DNA of 64,000 nucleotides from the NCBI GenBank assembly GCA_036732755.1, contig DAINBU010000011.1:513-64512 (forward strand), in the 5' to 3' direction. Of the stretch, positions 18,466-28,485 are shown piece after piece. The translations under genes and the position numbers were made by a program. This DNA is from Planctomycetota bacterium (GTDB lineage: Bacteria > Planctomycetota > B15-G4 > SIAN01). The notes under the pieces are model-generated. The model did no database searches. It was not told the origin of the DNA and saw only the letters and a list, made by a program, of their open reading frames with translations. Numbering within the stretch: the first letter of the stretch is position 1; each line of letters opens with the position of its first letter.

Positions 18466-19416
18466 TCACTTCTTCACGGGAGCCGACGCGACGCGGATGT
18501 CGGCGCTGCGCTCGCCGAGCGACGCGACCACGTGGAGCGTGCCGTCCTTCTCGACCTCGGCGCTCTCGACGTGGAAGAGGGGCGACGGCTTCTTGCTCGC
18601 GCTCCAGATCACCTTGCCCTGGAACGTCCAGAGGCCGTCGGGCTTGGGGATCGCCCCGAAGCCGTTGTTCTCCGTCGGCGCGAGCATCGCCGGGATCAGC
18701 ACGACGTCGTCCTCCCCCAGCATCAGGTTGAGCCGGTCGGACTCGCCGTTCCCCACCTTGCCCGAGCGCACCAGCGTCGCGACCGGGGTGTGCTTCTTCA
18801 GATCCAGCCGCTTGGAGAGCCACGGCTCGGGCAGCTTGAAGACGTCGAGCGCGGCGAAGCCCTTCACCTTCATCGGCTGCGTCCCGACGATCGTCATCGG
18901 GACGGTGAGCTGCGGCGCGCCGTACTGGATCAGCAGCGCGAGCGCGCGCAGCTCCGGATCGGCCTGCTCTTTCACCGGCGCGAGCGAGATCTCGAGCTTC
19001 TCGTTCGGCGTCTTCGCCTGCGTCATCGTGGCCGGCGCGTGCACGTCGTCGCCGCCCGCTTCGACCGCGGTGCCGGCGCCCTCGATCAGGAGCTCGAACT
19101 TCTCCGCCCCCGTCCGCGCCACCTGCACGCGGAACGCGCCCGGGGCGACGACGGAGTCCCCCACGATCAGCGGCGCCGTCGTCACCAGGTTGGAGGCGTT
19201 GAACGCCCCCATCCGCCATGAATCCCCGACCTTGAGCTCGTCGAGCGTGTGCTTGCCGACGCGCGGCACGCCGTAGGTCACGCCGGCCTCGTGCTTCTGC
19301 CACTCGAAGCTCGCCGTCGGCCGCTGCGCCTGCGCCGGCGCGGCGGCGCACGCCAGGACGACCGCCGCCGACAGCGCGACGCCGAGGCTCCTCATCGCGT
19401 TCCACGAACGGTCCAT
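18466..19416 (-). CDS. Secreted hypothetical protein
   Basis: Track ORF 18466..19674 is trimmed to ATG at 19416, which has GGAAGGAG 7 nt upstream. The signal peptide reads MDRSWNAMRSLGVALSAAVVLACAAAPAQAQRP. The mature protein has ordinary composition. Upstream residues of the track ORF are Ser/Arg/Thr low-complexity. Confidence 0.6.
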   Translation of the reverse strand: MDRSWNAMRSLGVALSAAVVLACAAAPAQAQRPTASFEWQKHEAGVTYGVPRVGKHTLDELKVGDSWRMGAFNASNLVTTAPLIVGDSVVAPGAFRVQVARTGAEKFELLIEGAGTAVEAGGDDVHAPATMTQAKTPNEKLEISLAPVKEQADPELRALALLIQYGAPQLTVPMTIVGTQPMKVKGFAALDVFKLPEPWLSKRLDLKKHTPVATLVRSGKVGNGESDRLNLMLGEDDVVLIPAMLAPTENNGFGAIPKPDGLWTFQGKVIWSASKKPSPLFHVESAEVEKDGTLHVVASLGERSADIRVASAPVKK

Positions 19417-19504
19417 CGCCCACTCCTTCCAGGGTTCCGCGCGCGCGGGCTGGCGGCCCGGCGCGGCGCAGCTTGTACCTCGGCGCGCGTCCGGCGTTCC
19501 CGGA

Positions 19505-20722
19505 TCACCGCTGGCGCTCGACGATCCGCGCCAGCCGGTCGGCGATCTCCTCGGGATGGGTCTTGGGCTCGTACGAGCACGCCAGCGCGACGACGTAGTC
19601 CTGGTCGAGGTGGCGCAGATAGTGGGTCGCGACGCCCCGCACGCCGCCGCCGTGCTCGACGCGGACGCCGCCACCGACCTTCCTCACCTTCCAGCCGAGC
19701 GCGTAGTCCTGGAGCGCCGGCGTGTAGAGCTGCTCGAGCGACTCCTTCGAGAGGAGCTTCCCTCCGCGCAGCGCCTGGTCCCACTGGAACATGTCCCGGG
19801 TCGAGGCGACCACGCCGCCGCACCCGCGGTAGCCCCACGTGAGCTGGTTGCCGTACGCGAAGGCGTACTCCTTGGGGAGGTCGTCGAAGCCGGCCCCGCG
19901 CGCGATCCTCGGCACGCGCGTGAGGTCGAGGCCCTTCGTTCCGATCATCGTCGCCGACGTCATCCCGGCCGGCTTGAAGAGCAGCTCGTCGCAGAACTCC
20001 TCGAAGGTCATGCCCGACACCTTCTCGATCAGCGCCCCGACGAACGAGTAGGCCGAGTTGGAGTACTCCCACTTCCCGCCCGGCTTGGAGACCATCGGCA
20101 GGCCGAGGATGCAGGCGATGAGCGAGTCGCGGCTCGAAGCGTCGAACTTCCACTCCTGCTTGAAGCCCGATTGGATGCCGGAGGTGTGGTTCAGGAGCTG
20201 GCGCAGCGTGACCGCCGCCTTGTCCTTGGGGCACTCGGGGAAGAAGCGCGAGAGCGGGTCGTCGAGGCCGAGCTTCTTCCACTTCTTGTCCTTCAGCGCG
20301 TCGGCCAGCTTCTTCGCGCCGAGCTTGCGCAGCGCCGCGTCGTCCATGCGGCTCGCCTCGATCAGCTTCAGGAGCGCCGCCGCGGTGAACTGCTTGCTGA
20401 CGCTCGCCCAGTCGTAGAGGGCGTCGGGCGGCATCGCCCTCTTCGCGGCGGCGTCGGCGACGCCGTAGCCCTTCTCCAGCACGACCTTCCCCTGCGTCGC
20501 GACCAGGACGACGCCGCAGAAGCCGCCGTCGGCGGCGTCGATCTTCCCCACCGCCTCGTCGAGCGCCTTCCCGAGCTCGCCGTCGACGATCGCGGGCGCC
20601 GCCTTCGCCTTCCCCTTCGTCTCCTTCCCCTGGTGGGCAGGCCCGCGCGTGACCGCGCGCGGCGACGGCGGAAACAGGGCGAGCACGGCGAGCAGCGAGA
20701 GGACGAGTCCGACGTGCGGCAT
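19505..20722 (-). CDS. Serine hydrolase of the beta-lactamase / transpeptidase-like superfamily (class C / esterase-like)
   Basis: S-x-x-K motif (ASVSKQF), later YSNSAY (the Y-x-N equivalent) and an HGG-type motif. An N-terminal signal peptide is present (MPHVGLVLSLLAVLALFPPSPRA). Confidence 0.8.
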   Translation of the reverse strand: MPHVGLVLSLLAVLALFPPSPRAVTRGPAHQGKETKGKAKAAPAIVDGELGKALDEAVGKIDAADGGFCGVVLVATQGKVVLEKGYGVADAAAKRAMPPDALYDWASVSKQFTAAALLKLIEASRMDDAALRKLGAKKLADALKDKKWKKLGLDDPLSRFFPECPKDKAAVTLRQLLNHTSGIQSGFKQEWKFDASSRDSLIACILGLPMVSKPGGKWEYSNSAYSFVGALIEKVSGMTFEEFCDELLFKPAGMTSATMIGTKGLDLTRVPRIARGAGFDDLPKEYAFAYGNQLTWGYRGCGGVVASTRDMFQWDQALRGGKLLSKESLEQLYTPALQDYALGWKVRKVGGGVRVEHGGGVRGVATHYLRHLDQDYVVALACSYEPKTHPEEIADRLARIVERQR

Positions 20723-20847
20723 GGCAGGTTCTCGAGGAAGGGGCGGGAACGCCGGGCGCGGCGGAACGTACCGGCGGCTACGCTCACGCGCTTCCCGGCC
20801 GCGCGCCAGGACCTTGTAAACCGTCCGAGAAGGGAGAACCGTCGAGC

Positions 20848-22878
20848 ATGAGAAGGATCCCCGTCGCCGCCGCGCTCGCGCTCACGGGCCTCGCGCTCGG
20901 AGTCCCGCCGCCGGAGCCCGACGACATGATCGCGCAGAACCTCGACGCGGCGACGAAGCCGGGCGCCGACTTCTTCCAGTACGCCAACGGCGCCTGGCTC
21001 GCGAAGAACCCGATCCCGCCGAGCGAGTCGGCCTGGACGATCGGCCACCTCGTCATGGAGCAGCTCTACGCCATCAAGCGCGAGCTCGCCGAGGGCTCGG
21101 CCAAGGCGAACGCCCCCGCCGGGAGCGACCGCCAGAAGATCGGCGACTTCTGGGCGGTCGCCATGGACCAGGCGAAGGCCGACGCCGAGGGGGCGGCGCC
21201 GCTGAAGGAGCTGCTCGCGAAGGTCGACTCCGTCGCGAACGGCGCCGACGCGGCGCGCGTCGCCGCCGAGCTGCAGACGCTCGGCGTCGACGCCCTCTTC
21301 TCCTTCGGCGTGGGCCAGGACGAGAAGGCGAGCGACGTCATCTCGGCCAAGCTGAACCAGGGCGGGCTCGGTCTCCCCAACCGCGACTACTACTTCGACC
21401 CCGAGGAGGGGGTCGCGAAGGCGCGCGCCGAATACCCGCGGCACGTCGCCCGCATGCTGAAGCTGCTCGGCCAGGAGGAGGCGGCCGCGAACGCGGCGGG
21501 CGACGCCGTCATGAAGTTCGAGACGGCGCTCGCGACGGCGAGCCGCAAGCTCCAGGACCTGCGCGACCCGTACGCCAACTACAACAAGATGTCGGTCGCC
21601 GACCTCCAGGCGAAGCAGACCCCGCACGTCGACTGGCGGCCGCTGCTCGACGGCTACGGGCTGAAGGCCGCGGGCGAGGTGATCGTCGGGCAGCCCGAGT
21701 TCCTGGCGGCGCTCGACGGCCTGCTGCAGGCGACGCCGCCCGCCGTGCTGCGCGACTACCTGCGCTACCAGATCGTCACGTCGTTCGCGCCGTTCCTCGG
21801 CTCCGCCATCGACCAGGAGAACTTCGCCTTCTACGGGCGCGTGCTGAGCGGACAGAAGGAGCAGCGGCCGCGCTGGAAGCGCGTGCTCGACGCGCAGGAG
21901 CGCGCGCTCGGCATGGTGGTCGGCAAGGTCTTCGTCGCCGAGCACTTCTCGCCGCAGGCGAAGCAGCGCTACAGCGACCTCGTCGAGGCGATCCGCACGA
22001 CCTACCGCGAGCACATCCTGGCACTGCCGTGGATGAGCGAGGCGACCCAGAAGAAGGCGCTCGAGAAGCTCGACCGGATGGTCAAGAAGGTCGGCTACCC
22101 GGACCAGTGGAAGGACATGAGCTCGCTCGCGATCGACCGCTCGAGCTACGCGCAGAACATGATGCGCGCCGCGAAGTGGGAGTTCGACGACGACGTGCGC
22201 AAGTTCGGCAAGCCGGTCGACCGCACCGAGTGGGAGATGACGCCGCAGACCTACAACGCCTACTACAACCCGTCGAACAACGAGATCGTGCTGCCCGCGG
22301 CGATCTTCATCATCCCCGGACTGGCCGACGCCGACGCCGACGATGCCGTGGTCTACGGGTACGCGGCCGCGAGCACGATCGGCCACGAGATCACGCACGG
22401 CTTCGACGACGAGGGGCGCCAGTTCGACGTGAACGGCAACCTCGCCGACTGGTGGACCGAGGCGGACGCGGCGAAGTTCAAGGAGCGCGCCGAGGTGCTC
22501 GCCGCGCAGTTCGACGCCTACGAGCCGCTCCCCGGCCTCCACATCAACGGCCACGCGACGCTCGGCGAGAACATCGCCGACCTCGGCGGGGTGGTCCTCG
22601 GGCTCGACGCGTTCAAGAAGACCGAGCAGTGGAAGAAGGGCGAGAAGATCGGCGGGCTCACGCCGCTGCAGCGCTACTTCCTGGGCTACGCGCTGTCGTG
22701 GCTCGGGCACGAACGGGACGAGCGGCTGCGCCAGGCGCTGCTGAGCGACGTCCACTCGCCCGCCAAGTGGCGCGTGCTCGGGCCGGTCGTCAACGTGCCC
22801 GAGTTCTACGAGGCGTTCGGCGTGAAGAAGGGCGACGCGATGTGGCGCGACGAGGCGGCGCGCGCACGCATCTGGTGA
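20848..22878 (+). CDS. M13-family zinc metallopeptidase (neprilysin/PepO-like), secreted
   Basis: HEITH zinc-binding motif (AAASTIGHEITHGFDDEGRQFD) and a downstream ENIADLGG (E-x-x-x-D) motif. Signal peptide MRRIPVAAALALTGLALGVPPPEP. AGGGAG precedes the ATG. Confidence 0.9.
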   Translation: MRRIPVAAALALTGLALGVPPPEPDDMIAQNLDAATKPGADFFQYANGAWLAKNPIPPSESAWTIGHLVMEQLYAIKRELAEGSAKANAPAGSDRQKIGDFWAVAMDQAKADAEGAAPLKELLAKVDSVANGADAARVAAELQTLGVDALFSFGVGQDEKASDVISAKLNQGGLGLPNRDYYFDPEEGVAKARAEYPRHVARMLKLLGQEEAAANAAGDAVMKFETALATASRKLQDLRDPYANYNKMSVADLQAKQTPHVDWRPLLDGYGLKAAGEVIVGQPEFLAALDGLLQATPPAVLRDYLRYQIVTSFAPFLGSAIDQENFAFYGRVLSGQKEQRPRWKRVLDAQERALGMVVGKVFVAEHFSPQAKQRYSDLVEAIRTTYREHILALPWMSEATQKKALEKLDRMVKKVGYPDQWKDMSSLAIDRSSYAQNMMRAAKWEFDDDVRKFGKPVDRTEWEMTPQTYNAYYNPSNNEIVLPAAIFIIPGLADADADDAVVYGYAAASTIGHEITHGFDDEGRQFDVNGNLADWWTEADAAKFKERAEVLAAQFDAYEPLPGLHINGHATLGENIADLGGVVLGLDAFKKTEQWKKGEKIGGLTPLQRYFLGYALSWLGHERDERLRQALLSDVHSPAKWRVLGPVVNVPEFYEAFGVKKGDAMWRDEAARARIW

Positions 22879-22897
22879 GCGCGGCGCGAGTCCCGCG

Positions 22898-23374
22898 TCA
22901 CGCGCCCGCCGCGCGCCGCGCGCGGTTGCGCTCGAGGAAGAGCTCCGCCCAGCGGTAGTGGTCGAGCAGCCCGGCGGTCGGCCGCCCCGTCGCGAGGAAC
23001 GCGGCGTAGATCGCCTCGATCGTGGCGAGACCCTGCGCCGGATCGGGGAAGCTCTTCGACGCGCGCGGATAGGCCGTCACCCACTCCGGCAGCGAGCGCA
23101 CCGGCACGTCCTGGAAGAACGGCTCCATGCGCCGCGCGAGCCGCCACGTCCCGTCGAGCACGAGCAGCCCGGAACGAGCGTCGGCTTCACCGAGCAGCGG
23201 GCCGCCGATCGCGAGCCGGACGTAGCCGTCGAGCGGCTCGCCCCCCCGTTCCGGGAACGTCCAGAAGCGGAAGTCGGGACGGGCGCGCAGCGGCTCGACC
23301 GAGCACTTGCGCCGATTCTCGCGCGGATGGACCACGACGATCGTCGGCGGGGCGGCGGGACGCGGCAGGTGCAT
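22898..23374 (-). CDS. DTW-domain protein (TapT/TSR3-like aminocarboxypropyltransferase family), short form without N-terminal Cys cluster
   Basis: [14 protein letters not shown] (DTW motif) and the N-terminal [11 protein letters not shown] pattern. Start is taken as ATG at 23374 ([10 protein letters not shown]...). There is no clear SD, so the start is uncertain. Confidence 0.5.
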   Translation of the reverse strand: MHLPRPAAPPTIVVVHPRENRRKCSVEPLRARPDFRFWTFPERGGEPLDGYVRLAIGGPLLGEADARSGLLVLDGTWRLARRMEPFFQDVPVRSLPEWVTAYPRASKSFPDPAQGLATIEAIYAAFLATGRPTAGLLDHYRWAELFLERNRARRAAGA

Positions 23375-23573
23375 GGCCGCGACATTAAGGGGTCTGCCAT
23401 TCGGCGAAGTCGCAGCGGTTCTGCATTCACTTTCGGACGCCGCCCGCGGAAGGGAAGGAGTTTCCGACCGGGGGGCTTCGCGCTTGACCCCGACTCGGAT
23501 TCGAAGTCTTAGGGAAGGTGCCGCGCGATGAATCCGTCCCGCGGCGAGTTCTGAGGTGCACGGGAACTCCCTC

Positions 23574-24410
23574 ATGAAAAAGTGCGGCGTGGAACTCCGA
23601 TTCCGGCCAGACCTCGCGCCGATTCCCGTTCGGCGCCGGTCGACCGAGGCGGGCTTCGGGCTCATCGACTCGATGATCTCGATCGTCGTCATCTCGGTCT
23701 CCACGGTCGGCTTCCTCGCGGCGAGCGTCACCTCGATGTCGCTCGAGAAGGAGAGCCGGACCGTCGCGGCGGCGAACGAGATGTCGCGCGCCGTGGTCGA
23801 GCAGATGCTCGCGCTCCCGATCGAGCAGGTCCTCCCGACCTACAACGCCAACAAGGCCGACGACCCGAACGGCGCCGGCACGGCTTGCGGCTCGAGCTGG
23901 ACGATGGACACGACGACGGTGCTGCTCGCCACGGCCGACGACACGCTCGCCCTCAGTGCGTACCGGCTCGACAACAGCGGTCCGGGGAGCCTGAGCAGCG
24001 GGACCAGCGGCACCAGCGGCAGCGGCACCAGCGGCAGCGGCACCAGCGGCAGCGGCAGCCTCGTCGGCACCGTGGTCGGCACGACGCAGACCGTCCTGCA
24101 GACGGTCACCGGCACGACCACCGCCGTCGCCGACGCCGAGGCGTTCGAGGTCCCCAAGACCATGGACTGCAGCATCGGGCTGCCGACCACGCTCGACGCG
24201 GCCGGCAACGAGACGCTGCGCGAGGACATCGTCGCGCCCGAGTACGGGCTCCCGTGCGACCTGAACGGCGACGGCGTCATCGACAGCAAGAACCACGCGG
24301 CCGACTACAAGATCCTGCCCCTCGTGATCCGCCTCGACTGGCCGATCGCCGGCGGCGGCACGCGCACCGTGAGCTTCGCGGCCGTGCTCGGGGGAGGCAC
24401 GGCGCCATGA
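23574..24410 (+). CDS. Type IV pilus minor pilin, PilV-like, with prepilin-type N-terminal cleavage/methylation segment and Ser/Gly/Thr linker (set 1)
   Basis: Leader ...RRRSTEAG followed by [24 protein letters not shown], a G-F-x-L-I-[D/E] prepilin motif with D at +5. ATG at 23574 (MKKCG..). An alternative GTG lies at 23556. A tandem SGT repeat sits mid-protein. Confidence 0.65.
   Translation: MKKCGVELRFRPDLAPIPVRRRSTEAGFGLIDSMISIVVISVSTVGFLAASVTSMSLEKESRTVAAANEMSRAVVEQMLALPIEQVLPTYNANKADDPNGAGTACGSSWTMDTTTVLLATADDTLALSAYRLDNSGPGSLSSGTSGTSGSGTSGSGTSGSGSLVGTVVGTTQTVLQTVTGTTTAVADAEAFEVPKTMDCSIGLPTTLDAAGNETLREDIVAPEYGLPCDLNGDGVIDSKNHAADYKILPLVIRLDWPIAGGGTRTVSFAAVLGGGTAP
24003..24059 (+). repeat. 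In-frame tandem repeat, accagcggcagcggc x3 plus a partial unit
   Basis: Encodes [21 protein letters not shown] inside the PilV-like gene. It is a likely slippage-prone length-variable linker. Confidence 0.5.
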
Positions 24411-25042
24411 GTTCCCGACGCGGCGGCTTCATGCTCCACGAGCTCGCGGTCAACCTCGCGATGACGATGCTGCTGCTCGGCGGGCTCTTCCTCTTCCTGC
24501 GCTCCGGGATCGCGGGCAGCCAGATCACGACGGCGCGCGCGCTGCTCGAGCGCAACGCCAACTACGCGCTGCGCCAGATCACCGAGTCGCTGCTGCCGGC
24601 CGGCAAGGCGACCCTCGCGCCCGCCGCCGCGCCGCTCGGCAGCTCCTTCATGGACCTGCAGGTCCCGGTCGCGGTCGACCCCGAGGGCCCGACCTTCGGC
24701 CCGGTGACGCGCATCGAGTGGCGCCCCGATCCCAACGATCCGAATGACGGTGCCGACAACGACGGCGACGGGCTCACCGACGAGGGCGAGATCGTGATCT
24801 CGCGCAACTTCGGCTCGGCCGGCCAGCTGGACACGGTGATCGCGACGAGCGTCCCGCGCCTGCTGCTCGGCGAGGTGCAGAACGGCGCCGACGACAACGG
24901 CAACGGGCTGCAGGACGAGGCGGGGCTCTCCTTCGAGCGCCTCGCCGACGGATCGGTCCGCGTGCGCCTCACCGTGCAGGCGAGGAAGCAGAACACGACC
25001 TTCTCGCGCACGGTCGAAACCACGGTCCTCCCGCGGAACTGA
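24407..25042 (+). CDS. Type IV pilus minor pilin, PilW-like, with two DxDxDG calcium-binding-like loops (set 1)
   Basis: ATG overlaps the upstream stop (ATGA). GGGAGG lies 11 nt upstream. Short leader MSSRRG followed by GFMLHELAVNLAMTMLLLGG (classical prepilin site with Glu at +5). The C-terminal part contains DPNDGADNDGDGLTDEGE and NGADDNGNGLQDEAG. Confidence 0.7.
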   Translation: MSSRRGGFMLHELAVNLAMTMLLLGGLFLFLRSGIAGSQITTARALLERNANYALRQITESLLPAGKATLAPAAAPLGSSFMDLQVPVAVDPEGPTFGPVTRIEWRPDPNDPNDGADNDGDGLTDEGEIVISRNFGSAGQLDTVIATSVPRLLLGEVQNGADDNGNGLQDEAGLSFERLADGSVRVRLTVQARKQNTTFSRTVETTVLPRN

Positions 25043-25058
25043 ACGGAGCGACCCCTCC

Positions 25059-26462
25059 ATGCGACCCACCTCGAACGAAACGGGCAGCACGCTGGTCGCC
25101 TCGATCGCGACCGCCGTCGTCCTGGCCGGGCTCGGCGTCTCGCTGATCACCGTGGTCCGCTCCGGCAACCTCGACATCGCGCAGTCGCGCAACGACCTGC
25201 AGCGCCTCTACCTCGCCGAGTCGGCGGCGCGCCTGTCGCAGAACTCGCTGGCGGTCGGCGGCAGCGGCAACTTCGGCAGCGCCGCCAACCCGGTCCCGAT
25301 GGGCGCGGGCGCCTACTGGACGCGCGCCACCAAGAACGCCGACCAGACCATCGACATCGTCGCGAACGGCGTCTACGGCGGCGGCACGCGCGCGGTGCAC
25401 CTCACACTGCTCGACGCGCCGACCCTCTTCGACAACGCGATCTTCGCCGGCAACAGCGCGAAGGACCCCAACTACGCGATGCACTTCGGCGGCGTGGGCG
25501 CGCAGGGCGACCAGGTCAGCGGCGACATCTTCAGCGGGGGCGACATCGAGTTCGTCGACGACGCCAAGCTCGACGGCACGGCGCGCGCCTCGGGCAAGGT
25601 CACCGGCATCACCGGCGAAGGCGGCATCCAGGAGCCGGTCCCCGACCTCGCCGCGATGAACTACCCGACGATCGCCGACGTCGACGTCGCCATGCACCTC
25701 GCCGGCGCGACCGCGACCTACGCGTCGGGCACGCCGGGCGGCAAGGCGTGGCAGCTCCCCGAGTCCGACGCGGCCCACATCTTCCGCAAGAACCCGAGCG
25801 ACCGCGCCTCGATGACGTCGTCCACGTCCAAGGACGACTTCTTCCTCGAGGACCCGTACGAGACGATGCACACCGACCCGAAGTCGGACGGCAGCGACCC
25901 CTACATCGTCTCGCTCGCCGGCGTGGCGGGGAAACCGGGCAGCGACGGCAACCACAAGATCTACTACGTCGACGGCAACCTCTGGATCAACAACCCGTCG
26001 GCGATGTCGTTCCAGTTCGCGTCGAACGACGCGCTCGCCCTCACGATCGTGGTGAAGGGCAACATCTACATCGGCGACAACATCTTCTACAAGGACGCGC
26101 AGAACGACGGCCTCGTCCTGATCGCGATGAAGGACGGGGCGGTCAACGACAGTGGCAACATCTACTTCGGCGACCCGGCGTTCGGCACGCTCGAGAGCAT
26201 GAGCGCCTACATGTACGCCGAGAACAACTTCTACGACAGCAACCTGAACGCGACCGGCTCGGCGATCGTGAAGCTCCACGGGATGATGAGCGCCGGCAAC
26301 CAGGTCGCGATCAACCGCGACTACAACGGCCAGCACTCGCGGATGATGGTCACCTTCGATCCGCGCATCTCGACGGGCACGCTGGCGCTGCCGGGTCTTC
26401 CGAGGAGCGACCAGCAGGGTCTGACGTTCCTGGCGTGGGAGCCCGGCGCGTTGCAGCACTGA
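25059..26462 (+). CDS. PilX-like pilus assembly protein (PilX N-terminal domain plus large C-terminal region), set 1
   Basis: The N-terminus TGSTLVASIATAVVLAGLGVSLITVVRSGNLDIAQSRNDLQRLYLAESAARLSQ matches the PilX_N pattern. GGAG lies upstream. The protein is 467 aa. Confidence 0.7.
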   Translation: MRPTSNETGSTLVASIATAVVLAGLGVSLITVVRSGNLDIAQSRNDLQRLYLAESAARLSQNSLAVGGSGNFGSAANPVPMGAGAYWTRATKNADQTIDIVANGVYGGGTRAVHLTLLDAPTLFDNAIFAGNSAKDPNYAMHFGGVGAQGDQVSGDIFSGGDIEFVDDAKLDGTARASGKVTGITGEGGIQEPVPDLAAMNYPTIADVDVAMHLAGATATYASGTPGGKAWQLPESDAAHIFRKNPSDRASMTSSTSKDDFFLEDPYETMHTDPKSDGSDPYIVSLAGVAGKPGSDGNHKIYYVDGNLWINNPSAMSFQFASNDALALTIVVKGNIYIGDNIFYKDAQNDGLVLIAMKDGAVNDSGNIYFGDPAFGTLESMSAYMYAENNFYDSNLNATGSAIVKLHGMMSAGNQVAINRDYNGQHSRMMVTFDPRISTGTLALPGLPRSDQQGLTFLAWEPGALQH

Positions 26463-26516
26463 GCGAGGATCTTGGCGCGTCCCGCTGGCGGGGCGCATCC
26501 CTGGGGAGGGATCGAT

Positions 26517-27803
26517 GTGAGAGGGGTACTCACCATCCAGGCTTGGACGCTCCTGCTCGGGCTGTGCGGCCCGGCAGGACGCGCGCAGGCGCGCGATGGC
26601 GGCGACGCTACGGCGGCGGCGCGGCCGGCCGCGCTGCCCGCCGACGTCGCGCGCGCGGTCCGCGAGATCCTGCGCAACCGCGACGGCGCCGCCGACGAGG
26701 TGCAGGTCGCGCGGCTGGTCGCGCTCGGCGAGCCGGCGGTGGCGCCGCTCTTCGCGCTCGCCGTCAGCGCGCCGGCCGTCGAGGCGGAGACGGGCTCCGA
26801 CGGGCAGCGCCTCGCGCTCGCGGCCCTGAAGGCGCTCCCCCCCGTCGCGGTCGACTCCTTCGTCGCGGCCGCGGCGGCGCGCACCGCGGACCTCGAGATC
26901 TCGCTGCCGATCGTGACGCTGGCGGGCGACCTCGGCCGCGCCTCGTCGCTCGAGCTCATGCGGTGCACCGTCGCGGCGCTGCCGCCGCCGCTGCGCGACC
27001 ACCCGGTCCTCGGCGGCACGCTGCGCAGTTCGCTCGTGAAGGTGCTGCGCGCCGACGTCGCCGCGCCGCGCGCGCTGCCCGCCTTCGCCGCGGCGCTGCC
27101 GGCCGACCTCTCGCGCTTCGTCTTCGACGCGATCCACGAGGTGCGCGGCGCCGAACGCGTCGCGCTGCTGTCGGCGCTGCTCGGCCGGCGCGACGAGTGG
27201 GACGTCGCGATCGTCGCCGAGCTCGACGCCGTCCCGCCGCGCGACGAGGCGGGCTGCGCCGCCGTCGCCGAGCTGCTGCGCGCGCATGCCGGCGACCGCT
27301 CGTCCGAGATGCGCCGCCAGGTCGCCGAATCGCTGCGCCGCTACCCCTCGCCCGAGTCGGTGCAGGCGCTGATCGGGCTGCTCGACGACGGCGACGCGCG
27401 CGTGGAGCAGGTGGCGAAGCGCTCCCTCGCCACCGCGACCGGAGCGTGCGTCCCCGCCGCCGCCGACCGCTGGCGCGCCTGGCTCGAGTTCGAGGAGCGC
27501 TGGCTCGCCGACCAGTGGCCCGCCGTCGAGGCGTCGCTCGACTCCCGGAAGCCGCAGGAAGTCCTGAAGTCGCTCGCGCTCCTCGGGCGAAAGAGGGTGC
27601 ACGGAGCCGTCGTCGGGCGCGCCGTCGCGGCGGTGCTGCGCCATCCGCGGCCGGAGTTGCGCATGGCGGCGTGTGACGCGCTGGAGCGGCTGGGGAGCTC
27701 GATCGGCCAGGCCGACGCGCGCGAGCTCTTCGCCGACGACCCCGATCCGCGCGTCCGCGCCAGCGCCCGGCGCCTCCTCGCCCGGATGGGAGTCGAGCCG
27801 TGA
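26517..27803 (+). CDS. Secreted HEAT/PBS-lyase-like repeat protein
   Basis: Start is GTG at 26517 with GGGGAGGG 7 nt upstream, giving MRGVLTIQAWTLLLGLCGPAGRAQA-RDG, a signal peptide. Repeated HEAT-like units include ..LRHPRPELRMAACDALERLG.. and DDPDPRVRASARRLLARMG. The track start (TTG 26472) is less likely. Confidence 0.65.
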   Translation: MRGVLTIQAWTLLLGLCGPAGRAQARDGGDATAAARPAALPADVARAVREILRNRDGAADEVQVARLVALGEPAVAPLFALAVSAPAVEAETGSDGQRLALAALKALPPVAVDSFVAAAAARTADLEISLPIVTLAGDLGRASSLELMRCTVAALPPPLRDHPVLGGTLRSSLVKVLRADVAAPRALPAFAAALPADLSRFVFDAIHEVRGAERVALLSALLGRRDEWDVAIVAELDAVPPRDEAGCAAVAELLRAHAGDRSSEMRRQVAESLRRYPSPESVQALIGLLDDGDARVEQVAKRSLATATGACVPAAADRWRAWLEFEERWLADQWPAVEASLDSRKPQEVLKSLALLGRKRVHGAVVGRAVAAVLRHPRPELRMAACDALERLGSSIGQADARELFADDPDPRVRASARRLLARMGVEP

Positions 27804-28456
27804 AGCCCGTCGAGCCCGCGCCGCGCGACCCCGAGAACGACGACCGCCGGCGGCGATCCCTCGTCGACCACGAGATGCAGCTGCGCCTCGTCTCGCGCCT
27901 GATCGTCGTGCTGACCGCCAACCTCGCGCTCTTCGTCGCGCTGGCGATCGTGATGCCGGCCGCGGTCGGCTGGTTCGGCGGCGCGCCGCGCTGGGGCGTC
28001 TTCGAGTCGATGCGCCGCTTCGACGTGCTCGCGACCGCCGTCCTGCTGCCGCTCGCCTGCTCGTTCCTCTGCTTCTTCGGCCAGGGCGTGCGCGAGACGC
28101 AGAAGATCGCCGGGCCGAGCTACCGCTTCCGCGCCGTCTTCCGCGAGCTCGCCGCGCTCCGCATCCCGCGCGGCGTGAAGGTCCGCAAGGGCGACTACCT
28201 GCAGTCGACCGCGAGCGAGCTGAACGGCTCGCTCGAGCGGCTGCACGACGAAGTGGCGACGCTGCGGCGCATCGCGCGCGACGGCGCCGCGGCCGAGCCC
28301 GAGGACGCCCGGCGGGCGCTCGACGAGCTCGCGCGGCGGCTCGACGCGTTCACGCTGCTCTCGTGCGCGCCCGAGTGCCGCGTCCTCGCCGACGCGCCGG
28401 CCGCGCCGGCCGCGCCGGTCGCCGAGCTCGTCGAGGCGGAGGCCGTCGCGAGCTGA
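27800..28456 (+). CDS. Membrane protein (2 transmembrane helices) with a cytoplasmic coiled-coil-like tail
   Basis: GTG start overlaps the upstream stop (GTGA). GGGAG lies 10 nt upstream. Helices LIVVLTANLALFVALAIVMPAAVGWF and VLATAVLLPLACSFLCFF are followed by a charged helical region. Confidence 0.6.
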   Translation: MKPVEPAPRDPENDDRRRRSLVDHEMQLRLVSRLIVVLTANLALFVALAIVMPAAVGWFGGAPRWGVFESMRRFDVLATAVLLPLACSFLCFFGQGVRETQKIAGPSYRFRAVFRELAALRIPRGVKVRKGDYLQSTASELNGSLERLHDEVATLRRIARDGAAAEPEDARRALDELARRLDAFTLLSCAPECRVLADAPAAPAAPVAELVEAEAVAS

Positions 28457-28485
28457 CCCGGCCGCGTGCGCGGTGCCGCGCGCGG

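Noticed and set aside
20368-22755. 795-aa minus ORF
   Set aside because: Antisense to the M13 peptidase, which has a HEITH motif on the plus strand.
24969-27676. 891-aa minus ORF and 642-aa plus ORF (25748..27676)
   Set aside because: Shadow frames of the PilX-like and HEAT-repeat genes.
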